Source: an uncultured virus (IMG/VR IMGVR_UViG_3300035181_002953)
Lineage: Duplodnaviria; Heunggongvirae; Uroviricota; Caudoviricetes
IMG/VR virus record: IMGVR_UViG_3300035181_002953
Strand: one strand, 5' to 3'
Length of the DNA: 64,000 nt
Shown piece by piece: positions 9,510 through 19,568 of the stretch. Numbering within the stretch: the first letter of the stretch is position 1; every line of letters starts with the position of its first letter. The position numbers and the translations under genes are program-made. The notes beneath the pieces were generated by a model. It saw only the letters and a program-made list of their open reading frames with translations. It made no database searches and was not told the DNA's origin.

Positions 9510-9923
9510 ATGCCCCCGCTCACGCTCTCGCTGCCCGCCGTCACCGTCACCACCAAGATCGACGCGATGTCCCCGAAGCGGGTCGAGTTTCTCGCCGACT
9601 TGATCACGACGGCCGTCGAGGGCGGCATCAACTACTGGTCCTCGGTCGCGAACTACCAGTGGCGGGCGGGCCCGGCGACCACGAGCGTCACGGTCCGCGA
9701 CGACGAGGGCGGCGAGGGAAAGGCGTGGCACCTGGACGTCGAGGTCATCGGCGCGGCGCTCGAGAAGCTCCTCACCGACCCTCTCGCCTGCAAGGTCCAC
9801 GTGAACAACGTGAAGATCCTGTGGGCGGCGTCGGCCACGAACGGCGAGGCCGAGGTGCCCGATGCCGGCGCGGCCGACCTGGTCGTTCAGGTCGCGTGCT
9901 TCGGAGAGGTCATCTACGGCTGA
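9510..9923 (+). CDS. conserved phage hypothetical protein
   Basis: TAVEGGINYW...ADLVVQVACFGEVIYG pattern seen in phage proteins. Confidence 0.65.
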   Translation: MPPLTLSLPAVTVTTKIDAMSPKRVEFLADLITTAVEGGINYWSSVANYQWRAGPATTSVTVRDDEGGEGKAWHLDVEVIGAALEKLLTDPLACKVHVNNVKILWAASATNGEAEVPDAGAADLVVQVACFGEVIYG

Positions 9924-9925
9924 CC

Positions 9926-9951
9926 GCTGAGGCGCAGCACGAGGGCCCGTC
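9926..9951 (+). promoter_or_regulatory. GCTGAG-N16-CGTC motif
   Basis: Exact intergenic copy. Confidence 0.65.
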
Positions 9952-9997
9952 CACCGGTGCGGGCCCTGAATCTCTCGGGTCTGAAAGGCGACGAACG

Positions 9998-10732
9998 ATG
10001 GTGCAAGTGACGATTTCAGGGGCGGACGACAAGGTGAACCCGGATGACATGGTGGCGCTCGCGGCGGAGTTCCCGTTCGTCGAGTGGGGCATCCTGTTCT
10101 CGATGTCGCGGACGGGGACGCCGCGCTACCCATCGCAGCGGTGGATCGACGACGTCGCGATGCGCGGGCTGAAGCTCTCCGCCCACCTCTGCGGGCAGTA
10201 CGCCCGCGACCTCGGGCGTGGCGAGCTGACGGCGCCGATTCCACCGGGCTTCTCGCGGCTGCAGATCAATACTTACGACCCGGCGTGGTTCGAGACGATC
10301 AAGGCGCTGACGGCGGTGTCGCCGCTGTCGAAGCCAGGCGCGCCGAGCAGCGTCGGCGAGGGCCCGCTCCGGCGGTGGGAGATCATCCTGCCGGCGCGAA
10401 CCCTCTCGACCTGGGACACCGTCGGCTACCAGTCGACGCAGATCTACAACGGCCGCGTCCTGTTCGATCCGTCGGGCGGGCTCGGCTTGGCGCCGACGGA
10501 GTGGCCCCGGGCGCGCGCGGCGAATCGCGGCGCCGGCTACGCGGGCGGCATCACGCCGAAGACGTTCGGCAAGGTGGTCTCGATGGTGCTCGGTCCGCGC
10601 ATGAACACCGTGCCGGCCCACGTCTGGCTCGACATGGAATCGGGCGTCCGTGACGCGAACGACGCGCTCGACCTCGACCTGGTGCGCGAAGTGCTCAAGG
10701 TGGCAGCTCCCTACAACCGAGGGGCGTGGTGA
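9998..10732 (+). CDS. phosphoribosylanthranilate isomerase (TrpF)-like TIM-barrel protein, phage type
   Basis: VTISGAD..VEWGIL..PRYPS..AHLCG..LFDPSGGLG..GYAGGITP..WLDMESGVR. Confidence 0.7.
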   Translation: MVQVTISGADDKVNPDDMVALAAEFPFVEWGILFSMSRTGTPRYPSQRWIDDVAMRGLKLSAHLCGQYARDLGRGELTAPIPPGFSRLQINTYDPAWFETIKALTAVSPLSKPGAPSSVGEGPLRRWEIILPARTLSTWDTVGYQSTQIYNGRVLFDPSGGLGLAPTEWPRARAANRGAGYAGGITPKTFGKVVSMVLGPRMNTVPAHVWLDMESGVRDANDALDLDLVREVLKVAAPYNRGAW

Positions 10733-13700
10733 CCGACATGAAGAAGCGCAAGGGGAACGACCTGCTCAGCAAGGCGAGCCGGGCGCCGCTGCTCGAGGCC
10801 ATCGGCATCTGGGAGATCCGCGGCATCGAAGCCGACGGGCTCATCCGCGGCTTCGCCGTCAACAGCCGCACGGGCTCCGCCATGGCGCTCCCGCCGGCCC
10901 CCTCACGCGAGGCCTTCGTCGCCGGCGCACGGCAGCGGGTGGCGGCGTGACGGCCGCGGGAGCGCCGCGCGCCAAGGCGCCCGGCTTCAAGATGCCGATG
11001 ACGAACGTGGCGTGCCCGCGGTGCCTGCCCCTCGCGCTCGCTCACAAGATCCAACTCGAAAGCGTGCAGCGGCTCCCCGAGGGCGCGTGGGCGCCGCGCT
11101 CGAAGGATCCCGAGTCGAAGCCGTGCTGCATCGACTGCAGCGCCGCCGACCTGCTCGTGCGGATGCAGACCTACCAGCGCGGCGCGAAGAAGGGCGAGCC
11201 CTGGGACGACGACGTGCGCACTGGCCGGGAGTCGATGCTGACGTTCGAGATGGCGCGCATCGCCGTGAGCAACGACCGGTGCGAGCAGTACCGCCTCCCC
11301 GGCGTCCGCATGGGCCTCGTGCTCGCGGGCATCACGAAGCCGAGCGAGCGCGGCGACCTCGAAGAGCAGTACGCGTGGCTCGAGACGCAACCCTGGTACG
11401 CGGAGCGCACCCCGGCATCGACGTCGTGACCACGTAACGGAGAGGACTCGAATGGCGACCAAGAAGCTCGCGCAGCTCGCGCCGACGGCGAAGTACATCG
11501 TCGAGGGACAGCGTGCTTTTTCCTCAAGGGCGGCCTCCAGCTGTCGTCGGGGCGCACGGTGCAGATCGAGGTGTGGCTCGCCGCGCCGGACGACCTCACG
11601 CCGAAAGAGCAGCGGGAGCTCGAGTCGTTCCCGGTCGCCTTTCACGACCTCACGCCGAAGCAGCCGAAGAATCAGGCGAAGGTGGCAACGAAACATCGAA
11701 AGGAAGCCAAAAAATGAGCACGGATCCGCCTCGCGGCCTGATCGAGCCTACGTACTACCCGCCGGCGCCGGCACCGCTGCTCACGCCCGAGCAATCGGTG
11801 CGCGCGATCAACATCCTGCAATCCGCGCACATCAACGGCTCGTGCTCGTTCATGAGCGATCGGGACGCCTACGCCCGCCGGAAGGGGGAGCGCTTCGGGG
11901 ACCGTGGGTGCGCCGAGCAGAACAGCCTCGACTTCGACTGCATGTACTGCGCGGCCGAGAAGCTGCTCACCGAGATCGGGAAGCTGCCCCGGCGCCGGTG
12001 ACTCGCTGAGGTCGCGAACAGGAACACGTCAGGGGATGGAAATCGAGGGAACGATGGGACGAGACGAACAGCGGGGGACGGCAACGTGACCGACCGATAC
12101 AAGGGCTTCATCGTCACGCTGAGCGACGACCTTCGCGACGACGACGCAGCGGCCACCATCGCCGCGATCAAGCAGATCAAGGGCGTCATCGCCGTCAAGC
12201 CCGTCCTCAACGAGGGCATCGGCGACGAGATGGCTCAGGACCGCGTGCGCCACGAGCTATGGGCGAAGGTCCACAAGGCCTTCTTTCCGACGGGTAAATC
12301 ATGAACCGCCGCGTCCTCGCAGCCCTCGTCACGCTCGCCGACCTGCACCGGGCCGAAGAAGACCCGACCGCGCAGCTCGAGATCAGCACGCTCTACGGCC
12401 GCCATGGCGTCGCCCTGCGCGCGCTCGAGGATGCCGACGAAGAGCTCTACCAGTCGCTCGCCAAGCAGCTCTGTGAGAAGCGCGAGACGATCGAAGACGA
12501 CCCGGTCGGCGCCGAGCTGCTCCGCCGCGCGTGCTCGGGAACGCTCCCCTACCAGGTCACCGGCGCGGAAGCCTGCGAGCGGTACGCACACCTGCTCGCG
12601 CCGCGCGTGGCGAAAGGACAGCCGTGAAGAAGAAGCCCTCGGCGAGCCCGAAAAAGACCATGTTCGGCGCCACGAAGAAGCGGCGGGAGCTCGGCGCGCG
12701 CGCCGAGCGCCTCGAGCGCGATGTGAATAGGTGGCGGCAGCGGTTCGAGGACTGCCGCTTGGAAACGTGGAATCAGGCCGCCGAGATGGAGCGTCTCCGC
12801 GGTCGCCTGGTGCAGAAGGAAACGGAGCTCGTCGCCGAGCGCGGGCGCACCTGGTCGCTGGTCGAGAAGGCCCACGCGCTGCAGGGCGCGGTGGATCGCC
12901 AGGACCGCGATCTCTCCCAAGGGAACGAGGTCCTCCGCCGCTACATCCTCGACGAGGCAGCGCGGCAAGAGTCCGTGAATGCCACCGGCGCCACGTTCGT
13001 CGGCCAGATCGCTTCCTACGTCGACCAGGCACGCGCGCTGCTCGAGCGGTGGTGCCGGTTACGCCCGACGTCGAGCTCGCCAAGGTCGCGCCCTTTCCCG
13101 CGTCTTCGAGCTACCGCTCCCGGAGCAGCTGAAGCGGAAGGCGGCGGGCTGGTCGTGGGCGCCGGGCCTGTCGCCCGGGCTCGTGGTGCTCAGCGCGTTC
13201 GGCCTGGTCCGGAAGCCATGAACCCGCGTCGCCGCCGTCGGCTGCGCTTCCAGCGTGCGCATAACCGCCCGTGCTTCTGGTGCGACATGACCGGGACCCG
13301 GCGCGCGAGGCCCTGGTACAACGCGCCGCTTTGCGCCTTTCGCTGCGCGACCTGCAACGGCACCGGCGCCTGCGGGGAGAGCAACTGGATGCCGGGCCAC
13401 TTCATGCTGTCCCAGCAAAACCAGCTGGCACGGTCATTTTTCAAGGCGTACCCGAACGCGCGATCGTTCCGCGCGCCGGTCATCCCGAGGAGGCAAGCAT
13501 GGGCAGTGGCAGCATCATCGTCAGAGGCGTGAAGGCGGTCGTGGACGCGGAGCGGAAGAAGGAGTTCGCGCTCGGTGAGATGGTCATCGAGGACGTCGTC
13601 GACGGCGACTGGCGCGCGGCGACGCTGATGGCCGAGCACCTGTCGTTCGCAAAGGAGCGGCCCGAGGTCCAGGCCGCCTATGGCCCCCTCTGGGCTCGGT

Positions 13701-14456
13701 TCCGGGAGATCGTCGAGACGGAGGCGCTGCTTGCGCGGAAGCGCGAAGCGGACCCCATGGGCTGCCAGAAGAAGGACTGAGGAGACCAACCATGAACAGG
13801 TACCTGGTGACGCTCGACCACGGGGTGAACCGGTTGCCGAGGGTCGGGGAGGTGGTCGAGCTGAAACCGACCGACGAGTGACGCACGCAGCAACGGGGGT
13901 AGCAACGGGGAACAGGTAGCGGAAAGGGAACGAGGAACAAACGATGACGACGAAGGCGAAGGCGACGATTCCGGGGATGTGGTCCGACATGTTTGCGCAG
14001 CTCCCCTCGACGAGCGAGGCAGCGCGCGTCGCCGGTGGGCTCATTGCCGGACGGTCTGCGAAGCGGGTGCAGGAGCCGGCGACCTGGACGACGACGCGCG
14101 AGCGGACCGACCACCTGGGGTGCGTGCTCGAGATCTGGGAGCGCGCGAACAAGACGGCGACGAGCTGGCACTGGAAGACGAGGGGTGTGATCACGATCTC
14201 GGGCACCGCGGAGAGCGAGGAACGCGCCCGGTGGTTTGCCTACACGGCGGCGCGCATCATCGACGCGATGTCGAACCAAGCGCCGACCACCACCGACGGC
14301 GGCTCCAAGCGCTCGCGCATCGTGACGACGATCGGCGGCGACACGTTTCACAGTCACGGTCGCGGTCGCGGAGGTGCCAAACAGCGTCGCATGACCCAGA
14401 CGGAGCTCGACCTGACCCCGAAGCGCCCCGCGCGCACCGGTCGAGCCACCACCTAG
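10729..14456 (+). other. run of small hypothetical phage genes (about 10738-10950, 10947-11429, 11452-11717 frameshifted, 11714-12001, 12086-12304, 12301-12627, 12624-13221, 13218-13532, 13499-13780, 13944-14456)
   Basis: Co-oriented ORFs with overlapping start/stop codons and several Cys-pair motifs; no family recognised. Confidence 0.55.
12005..12030 (+). promoter_or_regulatory. GCTGAG-N16-CGTC motif
   Basis: Exact intergenic copy. Confidence 0.65.
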
Positions 14457-14520
14457 AAGAGGAGGAGGACACCCCGCACACGCCATAAGCAACGTATGTG
14501 CCAAGCATCCAAACAATCGC

Positions 14521-14548
14521 CTGTCCGATAATGCCGATTATCGGACAG
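14521..14548. other. putative tyrosine-recombinase core site (11-6-11): CTGTCCGATAA-TGCCGA-TTATCGGACAG
   Basis: Perfect 11-bp inverted arms around an asymmetric 6-bp spacer in non-coding DNA; Cre-like recombinase elsewhere in the window. Confidence 0.6.
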
Positions 14549-14571
14549 CGTAATATGGACCGGTCGGTAGG

Positions 14572-14785
14572 GTTACCGGGGGCTCGGCCCCTGGAAGCTG
14601 AGACCGGGGTATCGCGAGTGGCGGTCGCTCGGCCCCTCGAAGCCGAGACAGAATCCGCGCCACCTCACGCCGGCCTTCAAGGCCAGCCTTCACGCCAGCC
14701 TTTGCCAAAGCGCGCTCTTGGCACGCTTATCGCCGAGACCTGCATGTAAACACCAAGCGGGCGCTCGGCCCCTCGAAGCCGAGAC
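14572..14785 (+). CRISPR. degenerate mini-array A (four type V-like repeats ending at 14604, 14649, 14739, 14785)
   Basis: GCTCGGCCCCTGGAAGCTGAGAC, GCTCGGCCCCTCGAAGCCGAGAC, CTTGGCACGCTTATCGCCGAGAC, GCTCGGCCCCTCGAAGCCGAGAC; end-to-end spacing 45, 90 and 46 nt. Confidence 0.7.
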
Positions 14786-14810
14786 TGGGTCGATGGTTCC
14801 TCTGAAAACC

Positions 14811-14836
14811 GCTGAGGACCGGCCGGTAGAGCCGTC
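14811..14836 (+). promoter_or_regulatory. GCTGAG-N16-CGTC motif
   Basis: Exact; ATG 9 nt downstream. Confidence 0.65.
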
Positions 14837-14845
14837 GGAGGGGAC

Positions 14846-15253
14846 ATGGACACCGTGAGCAGCTCGAGCCAGGGGAACGTGAAGTGGACCGCTCGGATGA
14901 TTCGCCGCTCGCGCGGCGCCGTCCGGGGCGTTCTCGCCGAGATGCTCGGTGCCTGGTGCAACGAGCACCGTCAGGCGGACTTCATCGCCCAGCGCGAGAT
15001 CTTCCCCGTCGCGGGCCGAAAGGAGTCCGTGCGCTGGGTGGCGACGTGGGCGTTCTTCGGCCACGGCCCGAGCTGGGGCTGCTGGCCGGGCGATGCCGAG
15101 TATGCGGCGCTTCGGGAGCGGCTCGGCGGTCCTCCGCTCTCGCGGGCCGCGTCGATGGTCGACGAGGCGGCGCGGGAAGAAGGGCTCCGGAAGCGGCGCC
15201 TCGCGCGGACGAAGCGCCGGACCGTCGCGGCGCCTATCACGGTGGGCTGCTGA
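14846..15253 (+). CDS. hypothetical protein flanked by two identical CRISPR-like repeats
   Basis: ORF follows the promoter motif and SD GGAGG; repeats end at 14785 and 15285. Confidence 0.55.
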   Translation: MDTVSSSSQGNVKWTARMIRRSRGAVRGVLAEMLGAWCNEHRQADFIAQREIFPVAGRKESVRWVATWAFFGHGPSWGCWPGDAEYAALRERLGGPPLSRAASMVDEAAREEGLRKRRLARTKRRTVAAPITVGC

Positions 15254-15255
15254 GC

Positions 15256-15285
15256 AGCGGGCGCTCGGCCCCTCGAAGCCGAGAC
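15256..15285 (+). repeat. solo CRISPR-like repeat AGCGGGCGCTCGGCCCCTCGAAGCCGAGAC
   Basis: 30-nt identity with the repeat at 14756-14785. Confidence 0.8.
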
Positions 15286-15315
15286 GTCATCAGAACGATC
15301 GCACGGAGCGGGACC

Positions 15316-15825
15316 ATGGGAACCAAGACCACCTTGAAGGCTGCGCGGGCGAGCGTGTTCGAGCGCGTGATGGCGCTGCTCGCTCCCGCATTCTACCGGG
15401 AGATCGCGGCCGAGTACGGCGCGACCGTGATCGACCTTGGCGTGCTGGGCGAGGACGTCGCGATGCTGCTCGGGAAGAACCAGGGGCTTGCCATTCTTCC
15501 GCTCGGCCGCATCGTGCTCGGCGCACACGATAGCAAGGCAGAGCAGGACGCCACGTTCTTCCACGAGATGGGGCACGTGATCGACGTGCGGAGCGGAAAG
15601 GTCACGGGGCCGGCGTGGAGCGCGGCCGAGCACTATGCCAATGAGCTGTCCGCGTGGCGAACGGGACTTCGTCTCGCCCGGAAGAAGGGCATCACGTTCT
15701 CGAACGCCGCCCTCGCCAACTGCGACAAGCACCTGATGTCGTACGTACGCGGGCCGATGCTCGAGAAGAAGAAGCCCCGATCGGACATCCTGCGACGCGA
15801 GTTCGGGCGGAAGCGAAAGAAGTGA
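15316..15825 (+). CDS. HEXXH metallopeptidase-like (ImmA/IrrE-like) protein
   Basis: TFFHEMGH...ANELSAW. Confidence 0.6.
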   Translation: MGTKTTLKAARASVFERVMALLAPAFYREIAAEYGATVIDLGVLGEDVAMLLGKNQGLAILPLGRIVLGAHDSKAEQDATFFHEMGHVIDVRSGKVTGPAWSAAEHYANELSAWRTGLRLARKKGITFSNAALANCDKHLMSYVRGPMLEKKKPRSDILRREFGRKRKK

Positions 15826-15892
15826 GCGTGTGACTCGCTGAGGTGCTCCTCTGCGCCCCGCCGTCGGCGGAACACCACCAAGGAAAGGCATC

Positions 15893-16501
15893 ATGGCAAA
15901 CGACAACGATCGCTCCATCAACTTCGACAACCTGCTGATCCTCGAGCGCATGGCTGCGGATGCAAAGAACGCCTTCGATCGCCTTCACACGCACGTTCGA
16001 CAGACCGTTGACATGGAGCGCGCAGATCGCATGAAATCGTTGCTCGACGCGGCCGAGGCGGCGCGGGAGAGCGCTCGGGAGATCGAGAGCGGCCCTACCG
16101 TCTCGGCGCGCAGGGAGCCGGGGCGCTCGACCGCGGCGGACTTCTTTCCGCTGCGCAAGCTCACGCCGCGCGAGGCGGAACTCATCGGCAAGCGCGCAGG
16201 CGCAGACATCGATCCGGAGGGCATCCACTATGCTCTGCGCCAGCGCGTCGTAGAATCCGTATTTAAGCACCTCGGCCCCTACCCGTTGCCCTTCGACGAC
16301 CTCACCGAGCTGTCCAAGGCGACGTCGTCGCCGACGACGGACGAGAACCGGTCTGTGCGGCAACGTCTATGCGACGATGGCTATATCTTCGCCGTCGGCG
16401 GGACCACGCCCACGAGCTTCATTCTCAACCCGGTGGCCGTCGACCTGCTCGCGTTGCACGGGATAGGCCCCCTTGCCGCCGGCCGCCGATCGACGCGCTG
16501 A
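15893..16501 (+). CDS. hypothetical protein
   Basis: SD AAGG; preceded by a variant promoter motif at 15837-15865. Confidence 0.6.
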   Translation: MANDNDRSINFDNLLILERMAADAKNAFDRLHTHVRQTVDMERADRMKSLLDAAEAARESAREIESGPTVSARREPGRSTAADFFPLRKLTPREAELIGKRAGADIDPEGIHYALRQRVVESVFKHLGPYPLPFDDLTELSKATSSPTTDENRSVRQRLCDDGYIFAVGGTTPTSFILNPVAVDLLALHGIGPLAAGRRSTR

Positions 16502-16507
16502 TCGTCA

Positions 16508-16758
16508 TGCAGGCCAACCACGTCCCTCGTCGCGAGCGGCTGATCTCGAAGATCCGCAAGCTCGAGCACAGGCTCGAGGCAAGTCGCGAGAAGCCGTACG
16601 CGAACAATCCCTATTGGCGTTGCGTGGAGTGCGGAATCTACGACCCACAGCGCTCGGTCAACGAGGGTCGGCACCATCGCGGCTGTTCGATCGAAGGTCT
16701 CGACCGTCAGATCGTGCACTACCGGCGTCTCCTGTCCGAAGAGGAAGCTAAGTCATGA
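16508..16758 (+). CDS. hypothetical Zn-finger protein
   Basis: CVEC...HHRGC. Confidence 0.5.
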
Positions 16759-18869
16759 CTAGCGACAATGAGCTGACCAGGGTCGACGTCGTCGAGGGCA
16801 CTCGGGCCGATAACATCCACGGTGAAGAGATCGCGATCGGGTACTGGTATCGACGCATTCCCGAGTCGAAGGACGAGGGTACGTCCGACGACGAGGACCA
16901 GCTCGAAGAGCTTCACGTGCTGATGGCCAGCGACGACCAGGAAGACGAAGGCGCCAGCGCTGACGATCAGGATGATGACGACGACTCCGGCGAAGAGAGC
17001 CGACGCGACGACCATCCCGAGCTGCATTTGCATGGCGATGAGCAGCGTGCGGACCCGGACGATGGCTGGATCGGGTGCGTCGTCGAGGTCGGGTCAAACT
17101 ACATCCAGCTCAAGGCCGTCGACGACTCCTCGCTACGTGTCCACCTGGACAACGTCGACCAGCACCTCGTACGCATCCCCGACCCGGGGCGCCTCATCGA
17201 GCGCAAGACGGCGCTTCTGAAGTCGCAGATGGACGGGTACATGCGCGAGGTGGTGGCGCTGACGTCCAGGCTCGGCGTCGCCTCCGCCGGCGCGCTCACG
17301 ACCGGGTCGGAGGTCGCGGCGCTTGCGCTCCGCCCGTCGAGCGAACCCGTCGGCGACTACAAGGCGGCGCTCGAGCTCGCGCACAAGACGACGCTCCCGG
17401 ATCTCTTCTCCAAGATCGAGTCGACCGGCAAGCGGCTCTCGCTGTGGATGAAGGCGCCGATGTTGCCGATGCGCGCGCAGGCGGAGGCGATGAAATCGTC
17501 GCTCAAGAAGATCGAGTCGCGGATCTTCAACGTCGAGCTCTATGCGGGCCTCATCGAGCAGGTCGAGCGCATCGCGGACGGCGAGCCGGCCTCGCTCGAA
17601 GAGCCCATCCGCCTCTTCCAGCGGCGGGCGTACATGGACGAGGAGTGCCTCGCTCGGTACGAGGCCGGCGGAATGGACTTCGCCGGCATTCCCGCGTTCG
17701 ATCGGTGGCTCACGCGCCACGAGAACATCACCCGGCTGCTCCCGTTCCCCCGGTGCGCGCTCGCCTTCCAGGTTCGCCGCAAGGTGAAGGAACGAGAGAG
17801 GCCGAGTGATCTCGGCGGCTTCATCCGCATCCTCGCGGAGGAGAAGGCCGACATGCAGACGTTCCTCTACATGCGCAACGGCGAGCAGGTCTACCGGCTC
17901 GACACGGCGATCGACTTCGGCGAGAAGCTCTTCCCCGACCTCGACCACATCGACAAACTGGGCGGCGGCGCGTTGCTCTGGGCCGAGCATGGCTACATGC
18001 ACGGCACGCGCATCCTCACGGATGCCGAGTACCAGGGCCTTCTCGAGGAAGAGGCGCGCGAGCTGCGCAAGTGGAACGAGCTCCCGAAGAATCGGCGCAT
18101 CTTCCCGCCGCGCAAAGAGTCGACGCGCTTCAAGCGATTCGACAAGGATAACCTCTACTACGACGAAATCGCGCGCCACATCGCGTCCCAGATCGAGGCG
18201 CACAACCGGCTCGTCATCGTCCTCCAGGGCCTTCTCGACCGATCGCCCGTGTTCCACCCGCACCCGCCCTGGTCTCTCTGGTCCGAGAGCGGGATGAGGG
18301 CGCTCGATCTCATCTACGACGACTCGCGCGCGCTCGTTGGCGGTGCCGCCCCCGACTTCGAAGCCTACCGGGCGCGGCTCAACGCCTCGCTCAAGGTCGG
18401 CGACGTCACCGTCGGGCAAGAGCACGCGTGGATGCGCAGCGAGTCGAAGAAAGAGCTCCACCGTCTCCGGAATGGCCGCCACCGGTGGGGTTACGACCAG
18501 GAGCGGTTCCACCCGGAGCTCGTCCGTCCATGGCAGAGCCCTGGCCCTGGCCTCGTCGGGCGCGTCGTCGCCGTGTCGAAGCGGGCGAAGACGTGCAGCT
18601 TTGAATGGGAGCGGAAGCGCGAACGCCAGCAGTACGGGAAGCCGGAGATGATGACCGAGCGCCTGTCTCTCTCGATCGGGAAGATCCTCAACATCTCTGC
18701 CTACACGCCGGGCGACTTTCAGATCTTCTTCTCGGACCCGTGGACGCGCGCCAACTACCTCGAGTGGGCGCCGCTGCTGCTGGTTGCCGAGGAGTACCAC
18801 GCGGGCCAGCGCACCGTCGGCCTCCCCGGCGACGAGCGCGACCCGCTCCGGAAGAAGGACAACCGATGA
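16755..18869 (+). CDS. large hypothetical phage protein (704 aa) with acidic N-terminal insert and coiled coil
   Basis: Long GC3-biased ORF coupled to neighbours; no family recognised. Confidence 0.8.
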   Translation: MTSDNELTRVDVVEGTRADNIHGEEIAIGYWYRRIPESKDEGTSDDEDQLEELHVLMASDDQEDEGASADDQDDDDDSGEESRRDDHPELHLHGDEQRADPDDGWIGCVVEVGSNYIQLKAVDDSSLRVHLDNVDQHLVRIPDPGRLIERKTALLKSQMDGYMREVVALTSRLGVASAGALTTGSEVAALALRPSSEPVGDYKAALELAHKTTLPDLFSKIESTGKRLSLWMKAPMLPMRAQAEAMKSSLKKIESRIFNVELYAGLIEQVERIADGEPASLEEPIRLFQRRAYMDEECLARYEAGGMDFAGIPAFDRWLTRHENITRLLPFPRCALAFQVRRKVKERERPSDLGGFIRILAEEKADMQTFLYMRNGEQVYRLDTAIDFGEKLFPDLDHIDKLGGGALLWAEHGYMHGTRILTDAEYQGLLEEEARELRKWNELPKNRRIFPPRKESTRFKRFDKDNLYYDEIARHIASQIEAHNRLVIVLQGLLDRSPVFHPHPPWSLWSESGMRALDLIYDDSRALVGGAAPDFEAYRARLNASLKVGDVTVGQEHAWMRSESKKELHRLRNGRHRWGYDQERFHPELVRPWQSPGPGLVGRVVAVSKRAKTCSFEWERKRERQQYGKPEMMTERLSLSIGKILNISAYTPGDFQIFFSDPWTRANYLEWAPLLLVAEEYHAGQRTVGLPGDERDPLRKKDNR

Positions 18870-19492
18870 ACCCGCGCTCGATTCGAAAACGCCTCATGTG
18901 CCGACGCGTCGACTCCCTCTGGGGCCCGCGCGCGTGCCTCACGGTGCGAATCCCGCTGTCCGCGCTCCCCGAGCGCCCGCCGGCCATCCCGAAGACGCTG
19001 GGCAAGCAGGTCGACGGCGAGGCGAAGTTCCTGCGAACGGACGACCAGGGGCGTGCGGTCGTGACGACGGTCGACGAGGTCTTCGTCGTCGATGAGCCGG
19101 AGGGCATTGCGTTCCGTGAGGAGGAACACGGCTTCGCCTGGATCGAAATCGTCGAACGCACGTTCGAGGACTATGATGGTCCAAACGAGCAGATTGTCGC
19201 CGAGAAGCGCGGCGACCCCGAGATAGAGGCTTTGGTCTCGGCGCGTGAGGCCTGGTTCGATCGCTACCTGCGATGCTCTGGACAGGGCGTGCCGTTCCTC
19301 GACGCCTTCGTCCGTGCGCGCACCTTCGCCGCGGCCATGTACTCGACGGTCGACGACGATACCGGTTCGATCGTGCTCGACTACCGCGTCCAGTGGTACC
19401 GGCCGAGCTACAAGCGCAGGTTCTGCGCAGACCTCGCCGGCGCTATGGCACAGGCGAGGAAGGCGGGAGTGATCGCGCGCGTGAGTCGCTGA
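18866..19492 (+). CDS. hypothetical protein
   Basis: ATG overlaps upstream stop; ends in the TGA of a promoter motif. Confidence 0.65.
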   Translation: MNPRSIRKRLMCRRVDSLWGPRACLTVRIPLSALPERPPAIPKTLGKQVDGEAKFLRTDDQGRAVVTTVDEVFVVDEPEGIAFREEEHGFAWIEIVERTFEDYDGPNEQIVAEKRGDPEIEALVSAREAWFDRYLRCSGQGVPFLDAFVRARTFAAAMYSTVDDDTGSIVLDYRVQWYRPSYKRRFCADLAGAMAQARKAGVIARVSR

Positions 19493-19513
19493 GGCTCGCC
19501 GCCCCGACCCGTC
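19488..19513 (+). promoter_or_regulatory. GCTGAG-N16-CGTC motif heading the putative cas12m operon
   Basis: Exact; followed 7 nt later by a solo CRISPR-like repeat. Confidence 0.7.
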
Positions 19514-19520
19514 ACACAGG

Positions 19521-19550
19521 ATGTTGCAATCGCTCGGCATCGGCCGAGAC
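19521..19550 (+). repeat. solo CRISPR-like repeat ATGTTGCAATCGCTCGGCATCGGCCGAGAC
   Basis: Same CTCGGC/GCCGAG stem and GAC end; 5' GTTGCAAT is typical of CRISPR repeats. Confidence 0.7.
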
Positions 19551-19568
19551 AGAGAGGACTTGCCAGCC

